From Octopus sinensis (Eukaryota): a stretch of 64,000 nucleotides of DNA. The position numbers and the translations under genes are program-made. The stretch is from assembly GCF_006345805.1 (NCBI RefSeq), contig NC_043004.1, positions 60,698,001-60,762,000 on the forward strand. Direction: 5' to 3'. The notes below the pieces were generated by a model. The model ran no database searches. It saw only the letters and a list, made by a program, of their open reading frames with translations, and was not told the origin of the DNA. Of this stretch, positions 12,147 to 26,367 are shown piece by piece (within the stretch, counting starts at the first letter, position 1; every line of letters begins with the position of its first letter).

Positions 12147-13414
12147 TAGACAGAAATTGCGTTCCATTGTTAGACATTATCTTGTCTGGGATGCCAAACC
12201 TTGCAAACGATTCGTGTAAAAAGTTTATCACAGTTGCGGAGGTAGGTTTTTTACACTTTTAAATTCCAGGCCATGTCGAAAAATTATCAAGTTCCACTTA
12301 TAATATAAACCATTTAAAGGGCCAGCGAAACCGATGTGTAGTCTCAACCACGGAACATTTACTTCTGGTCAATGTTCCCATTTTATATTGGATAATTTTG
12401 CTGGAGGAGCACATTCTCTACAGCCTTTCACCAAATTTTCGATTTCTTTGTCCATCTTTCGCCAATACAAGTAACTGCTCATTAACTTTTTCATCCTTGA
12501 AATACCCGGATATCCGATGTGAAATTCTCTCAATATCCTCTTTTGTAGTGTTTCCGGTATGACCACTCTCTGTGCATACATCAGTACGCCATCACATGCT
12601 GAGTATATATTAGCGTCTTTTTTTCTTTTTTTCGTTTCACCTCGAAAAGCTACATTGCATTCAAATTAAGCGAAAAATATGTTTTTCCTGTAACACCATG
12701 TGCTACCTTTTTACATTTAATTAAAATTCGGCTTACTGACATATTTCTACGTTTTTTCGTTTATAATAGTAATGTTAGTATCCGTATCCAACTGCATTTA
12801 AAGAGTTTTTCTGATTTTCATCTTCACAAATTTTCTCATCGTAATATTTCCAATTTCTTCAGATGACATATGACATTCCATTTGTAATTTTATCTTTTTT
12901 TCTAACGTTTTATCATCTTTATTCTACAGTGCGTCTTTATATGTCCTTAACGAAAACACTTCACTTTATTAAATCGATAATTTTTCCTCTGGTGCAAACC
13001 ACCATATACAAAACATGGGTTTAAATCTTGATGTTTGTTGTGCTTTTCAGAAAACACTTGATCTCTATTCAGACTATTCCACACTGGTTTTACTTGGAGA
13101 CAATCTTTACGTTCAATTTCCTCTGTGTCGTGTCTTAATTTAAGTATCCTTTCACATTCTTCGACACATTTTGCAGGTTTACAGCCTTGCTTTGCTTCAG
13201 CTTTGCAAGAATTCTAGTTTTGACTTATGCGTCCTTTTCGGGAGTCAGTCTCTGTGTAAAAATCAGGCTTTTGAAAATATCTGGAGTGAATTTTTCTAGC
13301 TTGAACTTCTCGCATTCCCAGTTTACTCTACCAGCATATGTGATAAAGTTTTCGCTGATGTTTTTCTCTATGCCGTGACACTTCTTTTTCACAGAATTTG
13401 CTACCCTTGTAGTA

Positions 13415-13523
13415 CCATTATTATTATTAATATTGTTGTTGTTGTTGTTATTATTATTATTATTACTATTATTATTATTATTATTATTATTATTATCATT
13501 ATTATTATTATTATTATTATTGC

Positions 13524-13554
<31 letters not shown>

Positions 13555-13585
13555 ATCATCATCATCATCATCATCATCATTATTA

Positions 13586-13629
<44 letters not shown>
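13415..13629. repeat. (ATT)n/(ATC)n/(GTT)n compound microsatellite
   Basis: Read directly. Confidence 0.95.
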
Positions 13630-13632
<3 letters not shown>

Positions 13633-13925
13633 TAGTTTTATTTTTATAGTGTGCTTTCACTTCACTACCGAGCGCAGCTCTGTGTGCCTTGGGTATGTGC
13701 TGTGATTGTTGTGATGCTCTGATGTTATTGTATGGAAGTGTTCTGCGTAGGATGTGTGCAGTGCCTAGTAGTGCAATTTTCTGTATGTTATATGTGTTTG
13801 TAAGTCCTGGTGTTTTTCTTATGTATTTGTCTGAATATTTTTTTTATCATACCTAATGTACCTACTATGATAGGAATTGTTTCTGCTTTTAGATTCCACA
13901 TTCTGGTTACCTCTATTTCCATGTC

Positions 13926-13927
<2 letters not shown>
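13630..13927 (-). mobile_element. R4/Dong-like non-LTR 3' end, 5'-truncated, embedded in (TAA)n
   Basis: KDMEIEVTRMWNLKAETIPIIVGTLGMIKK/...NIQKIALLGTAHILRRTL, then a short 3' UTR and (AAT)n. Confidence 0.85.
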
Positions 13928-13972
<45 letters not shown>

Positions 13973-13979
13973 CATTATT

Positions 13980-14415
13980 GAAGGAGACAGTAGTGCATGC
14001 CATCAAAGTAACACTGGAGTAAAATATACGAAGCCCAATATACCCATCATAAGGGTACACCAGGTATATACATCATATACACTAGGTATATACACCAGGT
14101 ATATACATCATAAACATATTCGTGCGACGTGGTGGTCTCATATCAAGATAAACAGCTCATGACTTTGCAGGTGGGACGCAGTTAGAATTTTCTTCAGGTC
14201 GAGTAGACCATCCCACTCAAAATGTCCCTGAATAAGAGTTGTTTAAGGATGTTGAACGAAACACCCATGTTTCCAAAGGTGAACTATCCAATCCCCAAAG
14301 TATTCGTCTCAGCACATGGCTATGATGTTTCCCCACTACTTCTACTCGTGATCAGAGATGCACATATCCTTAGCCACTAAGGGAGATGCTCAACTGGTTA
14401 AAGTTAGTCAACTGA
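13980..14415 (-). mobile_element. Unclassified repeat family X, (AAT)n-tailed
   Basis: Collinear with 56306-56840 (GTGCATGCCATCAAAGT.ACACTGG.GTAAAATATACGAAG...); abuts (ATT)n. Confidence 0.75.
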
Positions 14416-14418
14416 CTG

Positions 14419-14830
14419 TGGCGAGCTGGTAGAATCGTTAGCATGCCGGACGAAATACTTAACGGTATTTCGTCAGCCGCGACGTTCTGAGTTCAAATTC
14501 TACCGAGGTCGACTTTGCCTTTCATCCTTTCGGGGTCGATTAAATAAGTACCAGTTACATATAATCGACTTAATCCGTTTGTCTGTCCTTGTTTGTCCCC
14601 TCTGTGCCCCTTTTGGGCAGTAAAGGAATAAGAATCGTTAGCATGCCGGGCGAAATACTTAGCAGTATTTCGCCTGCCGCTACGTTCTGAGTTCAAATTC
14701 TACGAGGTCGATTTTACCTTTCATCCTTTAGGGGTTGTTAAATTAAGTACCAGTGAAACACTGGGGTCGAGGTAATCGACTCATCCCCTCTACAAAAATG
14801 GCTGCCCTTGTGTCAAAATTTGAAATTATA
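14419..14830 (+). mobile_element. Two head-to-tail tRNA-derived SINEs, family B (junction ~14630)
   Basis: GGCGAGCTGGTAGAATCGTTAGC...GAGTTCAAATTC...GCCTTTCATCCTTTCGGGGTCGAT.AA.TAAGTACCAG occurs twice. The central block resembles the Deu/Nin-type conserved SINE domain (from memory, unverified). Confidence 0.88.
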
Positions 14831-16759
14831 ATGCTTATTATTCTTTGCTGCGCTACTGAAACTTTGATGTTGAAACTACAGTAGATGAAGTCGATTCAGT
14901 TTTGTAATTACTTGTGGAAACTGATTTCATTGCTTTGCATTGTTGTTACTTTTTGTTGCAATAACTGCATCCGTTGCTGCCGCTGTAATTTTTCTTTCTT
15001 CTTTCTCTCTTCTTTTGCGGCTGTTGCATTTGTAAATTCAAAAATTCCTGTAACTGTTGTCGGTGTTGAATTTTTCCCGCTTGGTATCTTTACTGCAGTG
15101 GTGTTCATTTTGGTACTGTTGCAGTTGTCAGTATTGGTTTATAAAGGTAGTTATTACTGTTTCATTTTTAGTTTCTTACACAATTTTTATTGTTGCAGTT
15201 GTTGTTGTTGTTGTTGTTGTTGTTGTTGCTGATGCTGCTGTTGTTACTATAGTTACTGTTTTACAGTTTTATTTTTATATTTCTTTAGATTTAATAACAT
15301 TTCTTCATTTCTTATTTTTTTGTTAGAAATTTCTCTTTACAAATTTTATAATATAAAATAATAATAATATCGATACAAAGGCTAATACTGCTACTGCTAT
15401 ATAATGCTGACGACCACCACCACCACCATCATCATTAATTTCTTATTATTGTTTTTGTTTTTGCTGTTGTTATTGTGATTATTATCATTATTAGTAGTAG
15501 TAAGTAGTATTATTCTAACAACAGCCAAAATAATTATTATAATAATAGCGATGTTTTAACATTTAGAAGTGATTTTTTTTAAAATCTTCTTTTCCTTCTT
15601 TCTTCTTTTTTCTTCTTTGTACATAATGATGATGATGATGATGATGATGATATAACTATTATCATCATGATCATCATCATCCCTGTCGTCGGCATCACCA
15701 TCATCATCATCATCATTTCCATTTCTGGCAGAAGGCCAAAACTAATTCTAACACCTTTTTAGAAAATTTTTCATAATTGTATATATTATTTCTATTTTAT
15801 TTTATTGTTTAGAAATGCCACGTTTGAGCAGATGTTTGGAGTTTTAATTAATACCGTTTTAGACACAAAACAAGCTGTGTTCTTTAATGAGCGTGAAATT
15901 TCGAAAATCGTTGTTTTGTTACTCTTTTCACTGCTTTCAATTTTCATTTAACCTTATATTAGTTGTTTTCTTTTAATTTTAATTATATGATGGTATGATT
16001 ATTCTAATTGTAGTTGCATAATTCTAAGTGGAATATTATTAAAATCTAAGAAACTTTAGGGTTGTCGTTTGCCCTGAGGCATGCAGATCGATTGAAATTT
16101 ACGAAGACTATAGTTTTATATACGAATCAGAGAACGACAAATTGAGAATTGAGGGATTTACATTTGCATCGAAAGAAAACGTTAATAATGACTAGTGAAA
16201 TACAAAGCCGATATCAATAAGAATGTGTTCAGTATTAACATCTTACACGATTGATTTTATAACTAAAAATGGTTCACACATCTCCTAATTGTACTGTGGA
16301 ATACTGTAAATGGGAATGCATATATTGGAAATGTATTCATAAAAAATATGATGTATAATTTTATAATAGCATGGTCTTAAATGAAACTTATATGATCTTA
16401 GATATTTCTATGGCAAATTGATTCTGGATTAAGCTATATCAAGAGCAACATGTTAGAAATCAGGCTTTGACATCGTTGTGTGGTTAAGATCGCTTTCACA
16501 ACCAAATGGTTGGCAAGTCGCTTTTACAACCAAATGGTTGACAAGTCGACTAATGCCTTGTAAGCAAATTTAGTTGACAGAAATTGTGTGGAAGCCTATC
16601 ACATATATTTTTGCATAGCTGCTGCTCCAATATGAAGGACATTATCCCTCGTAATTCACACCAAGAGCCCCTCTCCCAGTTTTAAGTGACGAGACCCTGA
16701 AGCTTGCCCGTTTTCTCATGTGTTTGATAAACGCAGTTGTTTAGGAAGCCGAAATTATA

Positions 16760-17030
16760 GCAGTGGTCCAACAAAACACAACTGAGAATAAAAATAATGC
16801 GGCTTATGCGAAGGCAATTTAAAAATCGTAATGCAAACCACCCATCTTCTTTCCGACACTGATAAAAATAAAGCCACTAAGTTGCTTAGCCATCTAAGGG
16901 ATATGATGACAAACTGCACACTACATACAATCCAGTGAAGGATAGTGGAGAAATCTACGGTACATATAAATGGATGCAATTTATGCGTAGCTGAAAGATC
17001 GGTATTTCCAGATCCGAAACTTTTAGCTTG
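16760..17030 (+). mobile_element. Highly decayed Penelope-like GIY-YIG endonuclease fragment
   Basis: GLCEGNLK/NRNANHPSSFRH*...ATKLLSHL...IQ*RIVEKST...GCNLCVAE parallels the endonuclease at 28860-29211. Confidence 0.55.
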
Positions 17031-17413
17031 TACAAGCACATGGACATGTTTATGTTATCGAACTGGATGTCATTACCCTCTCTGGGATGAGTAGCTATCT
17101 CACAGATTTTAGCTTCCTTTCAGTTATATTATTCTACACCTGTTACATTAATTATGATTTCTACAAACAGGACGAAGATCTTGGTTTTCTTTTCTTTACA
17201 TTCTTCTCATTCCTCTATTTGCATCAACTTTCTTAGCGTTTTTTCTTTCCGTTTTTTTTCCTCATGCTTTCTCATAGTCCACTGTCCTGTTTCTAAATAC
17301 ATCTAACGTATAAACTGAGCCTGAAAATTTGAGTGAGACACATGACGTGTTATATAATCAGTCAATCTATACTATCTCTAAAGCATGAAACTATTTCTAG
17401 CTGTTGTGTAAAT

Positions 17414-17447
<34 letters not shown>

Positions 17448-19072
17448 ATATATATATATGAATGCATGCGCACGTATACATTCACATATGCAAGTGTTTT
17501 GTATTAGCATTTCCCACCACCACCGCTTGAAAAACAGTGCTGGGTTTAAGTCCTCTTAACTCTGTGGTTCGTCAAAAGGACGCGACAGAAAAATACTAGA
17601 CTTCTTGAAAGTAAGTAATGATCGAATTGTTTCTACTAAAGCCTTCAAAATGTTGGTACACCTTAACTGCAGCCTAATGACTGAAACAAATGAATTATAA
17701 AAGATAATATGGATGTAGTTGTGTGTAATATCAAAAGTCTTCCTATAAAAGTTTTTTGCAAATATTGATATATCAAACGCTTTACAGCATGATTATAACA
17801 AAATGCTTTGTAGCCAGGCATGGTCGTCATGTCTTACATTATATCAAGACTGTGGGTATCATCATGGCTGATAAGTTAAGAATTTGCTTCACAACCATGA
17901 AAATCCGAATTCGACCCTACTGCGTGTCGTCTTCAGCAAGGGTTTTTACTAAAACGAAGGGATGACCAAGCCTTGTGAGTAAATCTGGATAGAGGGAAAT
18001 TATGTAGAAGCCTATCGGATTAATAGTACCTGTAATTACAGTATTGTCTGTCGTACAGTATCTTGCTCACAAGTAACTTGTTGAACTGAAGCTGAAGCGA
18101 AAGGTTCTTGCTCAAGGTACTACGCATTTGAAATTAACCCCTAAACTATATGTTTGAGACAGGATGTCTTAACCATGAAAGAATATCGACATCTAATAAA
18201 AGCTATCCTAAAATTATCAAAGCGTAACACCTAAAATTATAGCTACGCGCTTTTGTTCCGCACAGGAATTAGAGATTTATCGAAATGATTCCAACCTCCA
18301 TCTCAGATCTATTCGTGGTTTTGCCAGAAATAAAAGTAAAATAAATGACCCGATATAGGTACTACGCTCCTAATGAATCGGTGATGTTAATGAACTATGA
18401 CCGACTGGTTGTTACAGTAAGGAACACCGGCACATTTGAACAACGTATTATGACCAGACATGTGAGAGAAGGGTGCACAGTCTGTAGAATATTAATTTGC
18501 ATTGTTAAATTCAATTTATTCAGTTGATGAGTAACTGGACGCCCATACTTTGAGATCGACGAGGAAGTCCATCATATTATAAACTATATATTCTGCAGTG
18601 TGTTTTAATTCTTTCAAGTTGATAGGTTACGGTTTAGCAAAGTTTGACTACTATTATCAGCAGGTTGAGCGGATGCGTTAGGGCTTCTTCGATGGTATTT
18701 GCAGATTAGCTTGTGGAAAGAAGAAATGATGACAAACAAAGATCGTCGAGGGGGCTTTACCCATTGACATCTGCTGTTAATAGTAAAGTGGGCGCAGCAC
18801 TTCACTGAAACAAAAAATGTTAATTGAAATTTTCATCTTCATTGAAAAAACAGTCGTTTTCAGAATCAAATAATCTGGCCAATAAAAGGATTGCTTTAAC
18901 TTAATCTACTTCACACAATGCTAGTTCAGTTGTTTAGACTTGTACAATTAGAATAACATTAGTGAATGTAGAATTTTATTCAATATTGGTGATTGTTTCA
19001 GTATCTACTTTAAGAAAACACATGTTCATAGAAGCTTGGTTAGTTATATGTCAAATGCGTTATATATATATA

Positions 19073-19279
19073 TAGAATGGTTGTATACTGTCAATCTAAC
19101 ACGACGTGACAGTATCGACGCCTCCTGATGGCTTTGACACATTTTCCCCTGTGTCCTTATATAAATTTAAATGTATATAAGGACACAGGGGAAAATGTCG
19201 ATGCTTCCTAGGGCTATACAGTGGTGGTGTACCCCCCTACTGTCACGTTCGTGTTGATTGACAGTATACAACCATTCTA
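19073..19279. repeat. Nested inverted repeat (outer ~42-bp arms, inner perfect 25-bp stem)
   Basis: Outer arms 19073-19114 and 19238-19279; inner stem 19139-19163 pairs with 19174-19198 around a 10-nt loop. Confidence 0.92.
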
Positions 19280-19332
19280 TCGCCCAACCACCGTACATGT
19301 CTCTACGAGAGATTTAGAAATTTAGTATTTTA

Positions 19333-19372
<40 letters not shown>

Positions 19373-19466
19373 AAAATATTATCAAACATAAGTGAACATG
19401 TTCGAGAAATAATCACTACTTGCATATAAACGTATCTTGCACATGATCAATGGTTTAAAAACTTCC

Positions 19467-19523
<57 letters not shown>

Positions 19524-20629
19524 TTAAGTAACAAGAAGATGGATATGGTATTAGTTTTATTTCGTATGACGAGCGTTCCGATCCTCCCCTTAGAGGTGGG
19601 ACTCCGTGCAACATGCTGTGTTGCATCTATTTTGCAGTATGAATCATCTCAACTAACACTGCAGATTTCCTGAAGTAGATCCAACAGAATATATACCCTA
19701 AATGCGGATTACACCAGGTAGACCAAACTGGCAGTGCTCTCTACTCAACACGTCAACATAAATAATCGACATATACCCATTAGTTCATAAATATCATATA
19801 TATATATATGCATATATGGGTACAGCACGTCACCAACTGAGTAAACAACATGAAATACGAAAATAAACGAGTTAAATAAATACGCAAACAACGAGAGAAA
19901 ATAAACAGGACAAGGATACACTGAGAACGACCCTTCATCAGTTGTCGGCTGTCTATCTTCTCCTTTCGAGCATTCAACGACAATATGAGTATTCAAAGAC
20001 AGTTGCTCCCATAAATTCTAAAATGAAATTTGGGATTTATGGAGGGTCAAAGTTGGGAACAAGTACAGGACAGTGGAGACATATAGGGAAACCGAACGAA
20101 AACAAACATGGAAGGTCGTTAGACCAGAGTGGAGGAAAATAGTAAATGCTGGGAGAAATATTTTCTTTGAAAAGAGAAAAGATAGAAGTGAAAGAAAACG
20201 TCTAATCCTTTGAACATCCGTGCAATAAAAGGAAGATGGTCACGTGGAAAAAAGAAAGATAGAAGATGGTCACATGTGAGCAACGAGGTGAGAGAAAAAG
20301 AGAAAAGGGTAGAGAGGGACTGAAAACGGTGAAAGGGGAGCCCGATCCTTCTCTAATTCCCTTTTTCTCCCCTTCCACTGAATTCCGAATAACTATTTCT
20401 GTTCTTTAATGCTATTACTTTTGTTGGTCATTTCACACCAGTCATACAGGTGTACGGTCTCAAGCTTTTTAGTCACTCAGTTCGACTACAATGTATTTTC
20501 TCTTTTTAAAATGTTGTAATTATTATATTCCACTTTTTTTGTATAAATCAAACCGTTTATTTTACAGACAGGGAACGAATCCTACACTTGATGTCAAACG
20601 ATCCAAACACACACAAGTACATATAAACA

Positions 20630-20667
<38 letters not shown>

Positions 20668-21119
20668 GAGACAGCATTTAGTTGACAAATCTTCAAACCC
20701 GAAGAAGATGTAAAAGTTAATCAGGAATATTTCTTTGCCAGTACACCAATATCACCAAATTAAAGGCATAATAATTCTATGAGCAAGGAATAATGGATCT
20801 GTCCCAAAAATGGTTGCAAGATGCAGGAAAGAAACAGTAATTATATCATTGAGTAAATAAATCGTTTTGTGTTTAAAACGTGCGCCTTAATTCCTTTTAA
20901 AAAATCGAACGGACTTTCTTACCAACCGGATATTTCAAAATAAAATTACAAAAATATATAGAAGAGACAGCATGGCTTCTAAAACGTTCGCTTTGCAACA
21001 TGGTTTAGGTTTCACTCTCAAAGAACATCCCCTATAGGTAGGTATTTTTAATTATAAACCTGGCTCGACCAATAGGAAAGGATTTTGTAGACGGAAACTG
21101 TGTGAATGTACTCTATTGC

Positions 21120-21290
21120 GAGCCACTACCCATTCTTAATTTTCTCGCCTTGTTTCTTTCTGTGTACCTTTCTGTGGAAAAGCGTAGGCTCCAGACGCTA
21201 AAGACTTTAACCCTTCCCGAGCGTTATATTAATACATCTGTTTGTTGTCTACACTACCTGTTTTCGTCTTTTTTGTGAATTCTCTCTACA
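21120..21290 (+). mobile_element. Repeat family H (~170 bp; copies also at 32520-32690 and 44690-44872) with a hammerhead-like motif
   Basis: Shared core CCTTTCTGTGGAA.AGCG.AGGCTC..AC...AAAG and tail GAGCGTTATACTAATACATCTG...GTGAATTCTC, followed by a TA/TACA microsatellite. Confidence 0.75.
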
Positions 21291-21294
21291 TACA

Positions 21295-21326
<32 letters not shown>

Positions 21327-21366
21327 CATTAATAAATACATAATGTATATATATTATATATATATA

Positions 21367-21397
<31 letters not shown>

Positions 21398-23081
21398 ATA
21401 TTATATATACATCCGTTTTTATCTGTCTGTTTGTATGTATGTATATATGTATATATATGTATGTATGCATGTATGTATTTATTAATGTGTATGTATGTAT
21501 GTATGTAGAGAGAATTCACAAAACAAAGGACGAAAACAGGTAGTGTAGACAACTAACAGATGTATTAATATAACGCTCCAAAATTACTGGAACCTTTGTC
21601 CAATACACTGGTATCAATAGTTATCAGGTATAACATTAGCAGACATTCCAAATTATAAATATAGAAACAACGGCGAGATCAATAAAAGAAACGATTGAAA
21701 ATATTAAGATGTCACAAGGTCGGTGAAGGTATCTTGCCATCTTTTTGTCTGTTGGTTAAAATCAAGGTAAGGTGAACAATGTTCAGAATGAGAGAACGTG
21801 TATGACGAAGCGTGAATATACAAATATTATCCGCTTGTCGTTGCAAGTTAAAGCGTGCCACAATGAGCAAAATAGCTTGTTAAAAGCAACAGAAAATAAA
21901 GTATGTTGTATGTACAGCTTTGAATACAATTTAACGGAATGTTTCCAGATTAGATTATACATAGTAAATTATGTTAGTGCATAGAATTTTGGGTTTAATC
22001 GAACTATTAGCTTCTTTACAATTTTAATTTTAAAATGTATGTAACCTTTTAAATTATCATCTAATTTCTGCGAGATAATATGATTATCACACATGTACAT
22101 ATATGTGTACGTATGAGCGAGTTTTCGTCTGTGGTGTGCGTGAACTTATAGATTATCTCTCGTGGATTCGTATAACATGAATTATTCAACATATTTTTGA
22201 TTTTAAAATATATATTTCGAGAAGATAATTAGAATATTATTGATCGTATACGCCTAACAGAAGTCAACATTGATGCCGGAATACAATTAGCGCTTAGATT
22301 TTTATCAAATAAACCTTTACCTGTCAACAGCATTTTCACAAGTTTGTCCTATCGCGCATGCTTGATTTCATAATTTTAAATAGTTTTTGTCTCGTATATT
22401 CTGAGTAATGTAAAGCTTTCATTAAATAAGTCCCAAGTTACTCTGGCGGATGAAGAAAATTGGGACTATGTAACATATATGATGCATCGATGCTAAGAAA
22501 ATATGCTCTGCGTATCACATATGATACGCAGGTCAGGCAAAGTTTCAAAAGAAGAAAAACAAAACTAAGTTAATAATAGCAGTGATAAACTTCAAAAGGG
22601 CTGCAAGACAGATGGGTGTATAGGAGTGAACATTTGTATCAACATTTCATATAATATAGACGTTAATATATATACATATATATGTATATATTGGCTGGTT
22701 TAACTGAATAAGCGTTTATCGAACATTGTTTTATAAATTATATTTTAGATACAATACCGCTGAAACATCAGAGCTGAATTTCTACTCCAGGAAATGAATG
22801 GGTACATACACACATATATATGCGTATGTGTGTGTATTTGTATGTGGATGTGTATATATATATACACGCACATCTGTATACGAACACATAACTACACTTA
22901 GGCAGACAGAATTGTACATATGTGTGTATGAGTGTCTTTGCGGGGTGTGCGTGAGCAGATAGCTTATCTCTATAATGATGAAAACATCAATATATTTCAT
23001 TTTATTTACAAAATTGTATGTATGTGGTATTGTGTAGACGTGTGTGTATGTACGAGCGCGTGTGGCGGTGACTGTACACAT

Positions 23082-23136
<55 letters not shown>

Positions 23137-23651
23137 AATGCACACATACGCTCACACACATACACTTACACACGTATCGCTCTTAGTCATCATAGAATTG
23201 CATATCTCTTTCTCAGGCTCACATACCTATATATAAATGATACATGCACATATATGAAACGCATATATGTGTACATACATACTTACACACATACATACAT
23301 ATAGAATAAAATAATCATACACACACACTAGTATGCATGGTTGTAAGAATGTTTGTATTCGTAGAGTAATCTGAATTTGTTTCTCAGTTATTGGTATTCT
23401 CCCCATCTTTCTTTACTTCTTACTTTCTTTTTCTTCTCTCTTTCTTTCTTCTCTTTTTTCCTTCTTTCTTTTTCATTCTTTCATTCCCTCTTTTTTTATG
23501 TTAATAACGCCTCTTTGGCCAAATATTCAAATACTTTATTTCATGATTAACATGTAATTATAACCGTTTCATCTTAATGTATACATAATACATATTTTTC
23601 AATTCCCTCAGATATTCTATATGATATATGCATATATATATATATATATAT

Positions 23652-23732
<81 letters not shown>

Positions 23733-23758
23733 TGTAAGTATGTTATCTTATATATACA

Positions 23759-23789
<31 letters not shown>

Positions 23790-24101
23790 GATATATACTA
23801 TATAGATATATTTACACAATTGTATTTGTATATGTGTGTGAGTATGCATTATGTATTCATTAATGCACGTATTGGTGTATCCGTATTTGGATAGATGTAT
23901 TTTTGCGTGAGTATATGTATATATATATATATAATATTTAAGTATGTACGCATCTGTATGAGTGTTTATTTTGAGAATCTTTACACAAGCCCCTTTGTTT
24001 ATGTGTTATGCGGCCTTTGTATGCTTCTGTAAAATATACAGACAATAGAAAGCCATACATAAATATTGCATACGTAATTGTTGATGAACATATCAATTTA
24101 T

Positions 24102-24267
24102 AGGCACAGGAATGGCTGTATGGCAAGTAAGTTGCTTAGCAACCACATACTTCCGTGTTCAGTCCCGCTGCATGGTACATTGGGCAAACGTCTTCTACTA
24201 TAGTCTCGGGCCGACCAAAGCCTTGTGAGTGGATGTGGTAGACAGAAATTGAAATAAGCCCGTCGTA

Positions 24268-24320
<53 letters not shown>

Positions 24321-24543
24321 GAGTGTGTATATGTTTGTGTGTCTGTGTTTGTCCCCCCAACATCACTTGACAACCGATGGTGGAGTGTTTACGTCCCCGT
24401 AATCTAGCGGTTCGGCAAAAGACACTGATAGAATAAGTACTAAGCTTCCAAAGGATAAGTCCTGGGATCGATTTGCTCGACTAAAGGTGGTGCTCCAGCA
24501 TGGCCGCAGTCAAACGACTGAAACAAGTAAAAGAGTAAAAGAG
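24102..24543 (+). mobile_element. tRNA-derived SINE, family A
   Basis: Collinear with 7577-7993. Confidence 0.92.
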
Positions 24544-24793
24544 TATATATACACATTAATGTTATATAGACACACACTAAACCTTGATATATACACAAAG
24601 TCAACATATGCATAGAGGGCGCAGAATTTCCACCGGTCTTTTAAAAGTGTCAATGCAACGGACCCTAAAACAACAATTGTATTAGTCTGAAACAACGTTC
24701 TCCAGAACTATATTCCATAGTACCCCATTATTTAAATATTCTTTCTCCCACCTCTCTCTCTCTCTCCAGTAATATACCCCGACATTTGAAACC

Positions 24794-25003
24794 TATTTCT
24801 TTATTACCCACAAGGGGCTAAACACAGAGGGGACAAAGAAGGACAGACATAGGTATTAAGTCGATTACATCGACCCCAGTGCGTAACTGGTACTTAATTT
24901 ATCGACCCCGAAAGGATGAAAGGCAAAGTCGACCTCGGCGGAATTTGAACTCACAACGTAACGCAGACGAAATACCGCTAAGCATTTCGTCCGGCGTGCT
25001 AAC
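24794..25003 (-). mobile_element. tRNA-derived SINE, family B
   Basis: Reverse complement of the 14419-14630 type. Confidence 0.88.
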
Positions 25004-26367
25004 TTTTGAAACCGTGTTAGAATGTGTCCTATACCGATGTAACTCATCAAAGTTTTCCATGTACCATCCAATCAGATTTTCAGTATTTTAAACGTGATGT
25101 AAACATCATGTGGCAGCAGAGAATTTCTCTAATACCTTCCATGATTTTCCCTCGTTAATTACTCGTACGGCTCTCGCAAAGCCAAATGTGCCGAATCCTG
25201 ATCGTATACTTTTGTACTTTCACTTAAAGAATTTGCTAAAAACAGTACAGTTTCTCTGCACATCAGTAAGGCTTTGGAAGAAGCTTGACTACAGAATCTC
25301 ATGTTCAGTTAGCCTGTCTACGAACTCCATTCTATTTAATCATTTGGATTCTGTCACATGACTTCCTGCCACACCGGACTATCAGTATGTCTGCTGATGG
25401 AGCTCGTTTGTGAACCGCATTTAATCACTGTTCGATATTGTTTCCCACACTCTCCATGCCATACATCTGGAACCAATTCGCAGTCACCTCTAAGAAAGCC
25501 CATCTGTAATGAAGACTGTGCCTGCCTTCATTTCTACCTAAGCTTCTGCATCCACGCGCTATGTAAATGTAACCTTCACACTTCTCGTCAAATCTACCGC
25601 CATTTTCGATAGAGAATGCTACGAAGTTTTTGTTGATCAAGCATCTCTTCTTCAACAGCAAAAAGAAACTTGTAATATATAAAAGAATAAACAAGTATAA
25701 TATTCAATGAATAAACAAAATACCTCAACCCATCCCTCTTTAACAAGAACAGCACACTATTAAGGCTTTCATAATCGTTCTAAATTCTAAGGAAAACAAC
25801 CACCAAGGTTCTCACCTAAAGAAAATACATCAGAAACACAGTGAAAACTACATCTCAGTGATAACTAGGAAAGTAATGTTGCGACACATTCACAAAAAAT
25901 CTTAGGTCGCATACCAAGAAAGGATTTCGACTATTTGGCATAAACGCACAAACGAACATACTCGAATCTCTTGCCAACAAACATTATTTTTCTTGTCTCT
26001 ACTTTTTTCGAAAGCAACTGTAATTGTTTATCCTTTTCGGAAATGGCTGGGTTTTTGTAACCCTCCCCTCATGCACCCACAACTAATTCATCTCTTCTTT
26101 CATCATTCATATTGCTTCTAACACTTCATGCAATGAAGTAATCACCATGTCGAAGATTTATTCCAAGAACCTCGGCTCTTTGAGATTACCTCTCAGCATG
26201 CCCTTCTGTGGACGCCAAATTGCACTAATTTAAGTGAAACGTTATCATCATCTCACCTCTTTTTGAGTGTTTAGAAACGCCAGATCAAAGGCGATTCCAC
26301 CAGACAAAAGTGTGCGTGTGCGCTTACGCGCGCGCGTGTGTATGCATGTATAGATTTATAGAAATTG

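Larger units (their letters stand above)
10640..13400 (-). mobile_element. Decayed Ty3/Gypsy LTR retrotransposon internal region: gag - aspartic protease - (RT/RNaseH absent) - integrase
   Basis: Minus-strand translations with stops and frameshifts. gag-like: ENFITYAGRVNWECEKFKLE...EECERILKLRHDTEEIE, with a degenerate zinc knuckle (NPCFVYGGLH...KCF...GHIKTHC). Protease: MQLDTDTNITIINEKT*K. Integrase H2C2 region: CDGVLMYAQRVVIP...REFHIGYPGISRMK...YWRKMDKEIENLVKGCREC. rve core: PWLRLHIGFAGPLNG...ESFARFGIPDKIMSNNGTQFLSSEF. Downstream: QFLRVYRVTSNPNSPAGSSPAEQMFARK. No LTRs recognised. Confidence 0.9.

Noticed and set aside
19921-19995. Minus-strand CTGATGA with an upstream GAAA and partly complementary arms (TTGTCG/CGACAA; GAATGCTC/GGGTCGTTC)
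   Set aside because: The strand order does not match type I, II or III hammerheads, stem III is mismatched, and there is only one copy in the window. It would need a family consensus to revisit.
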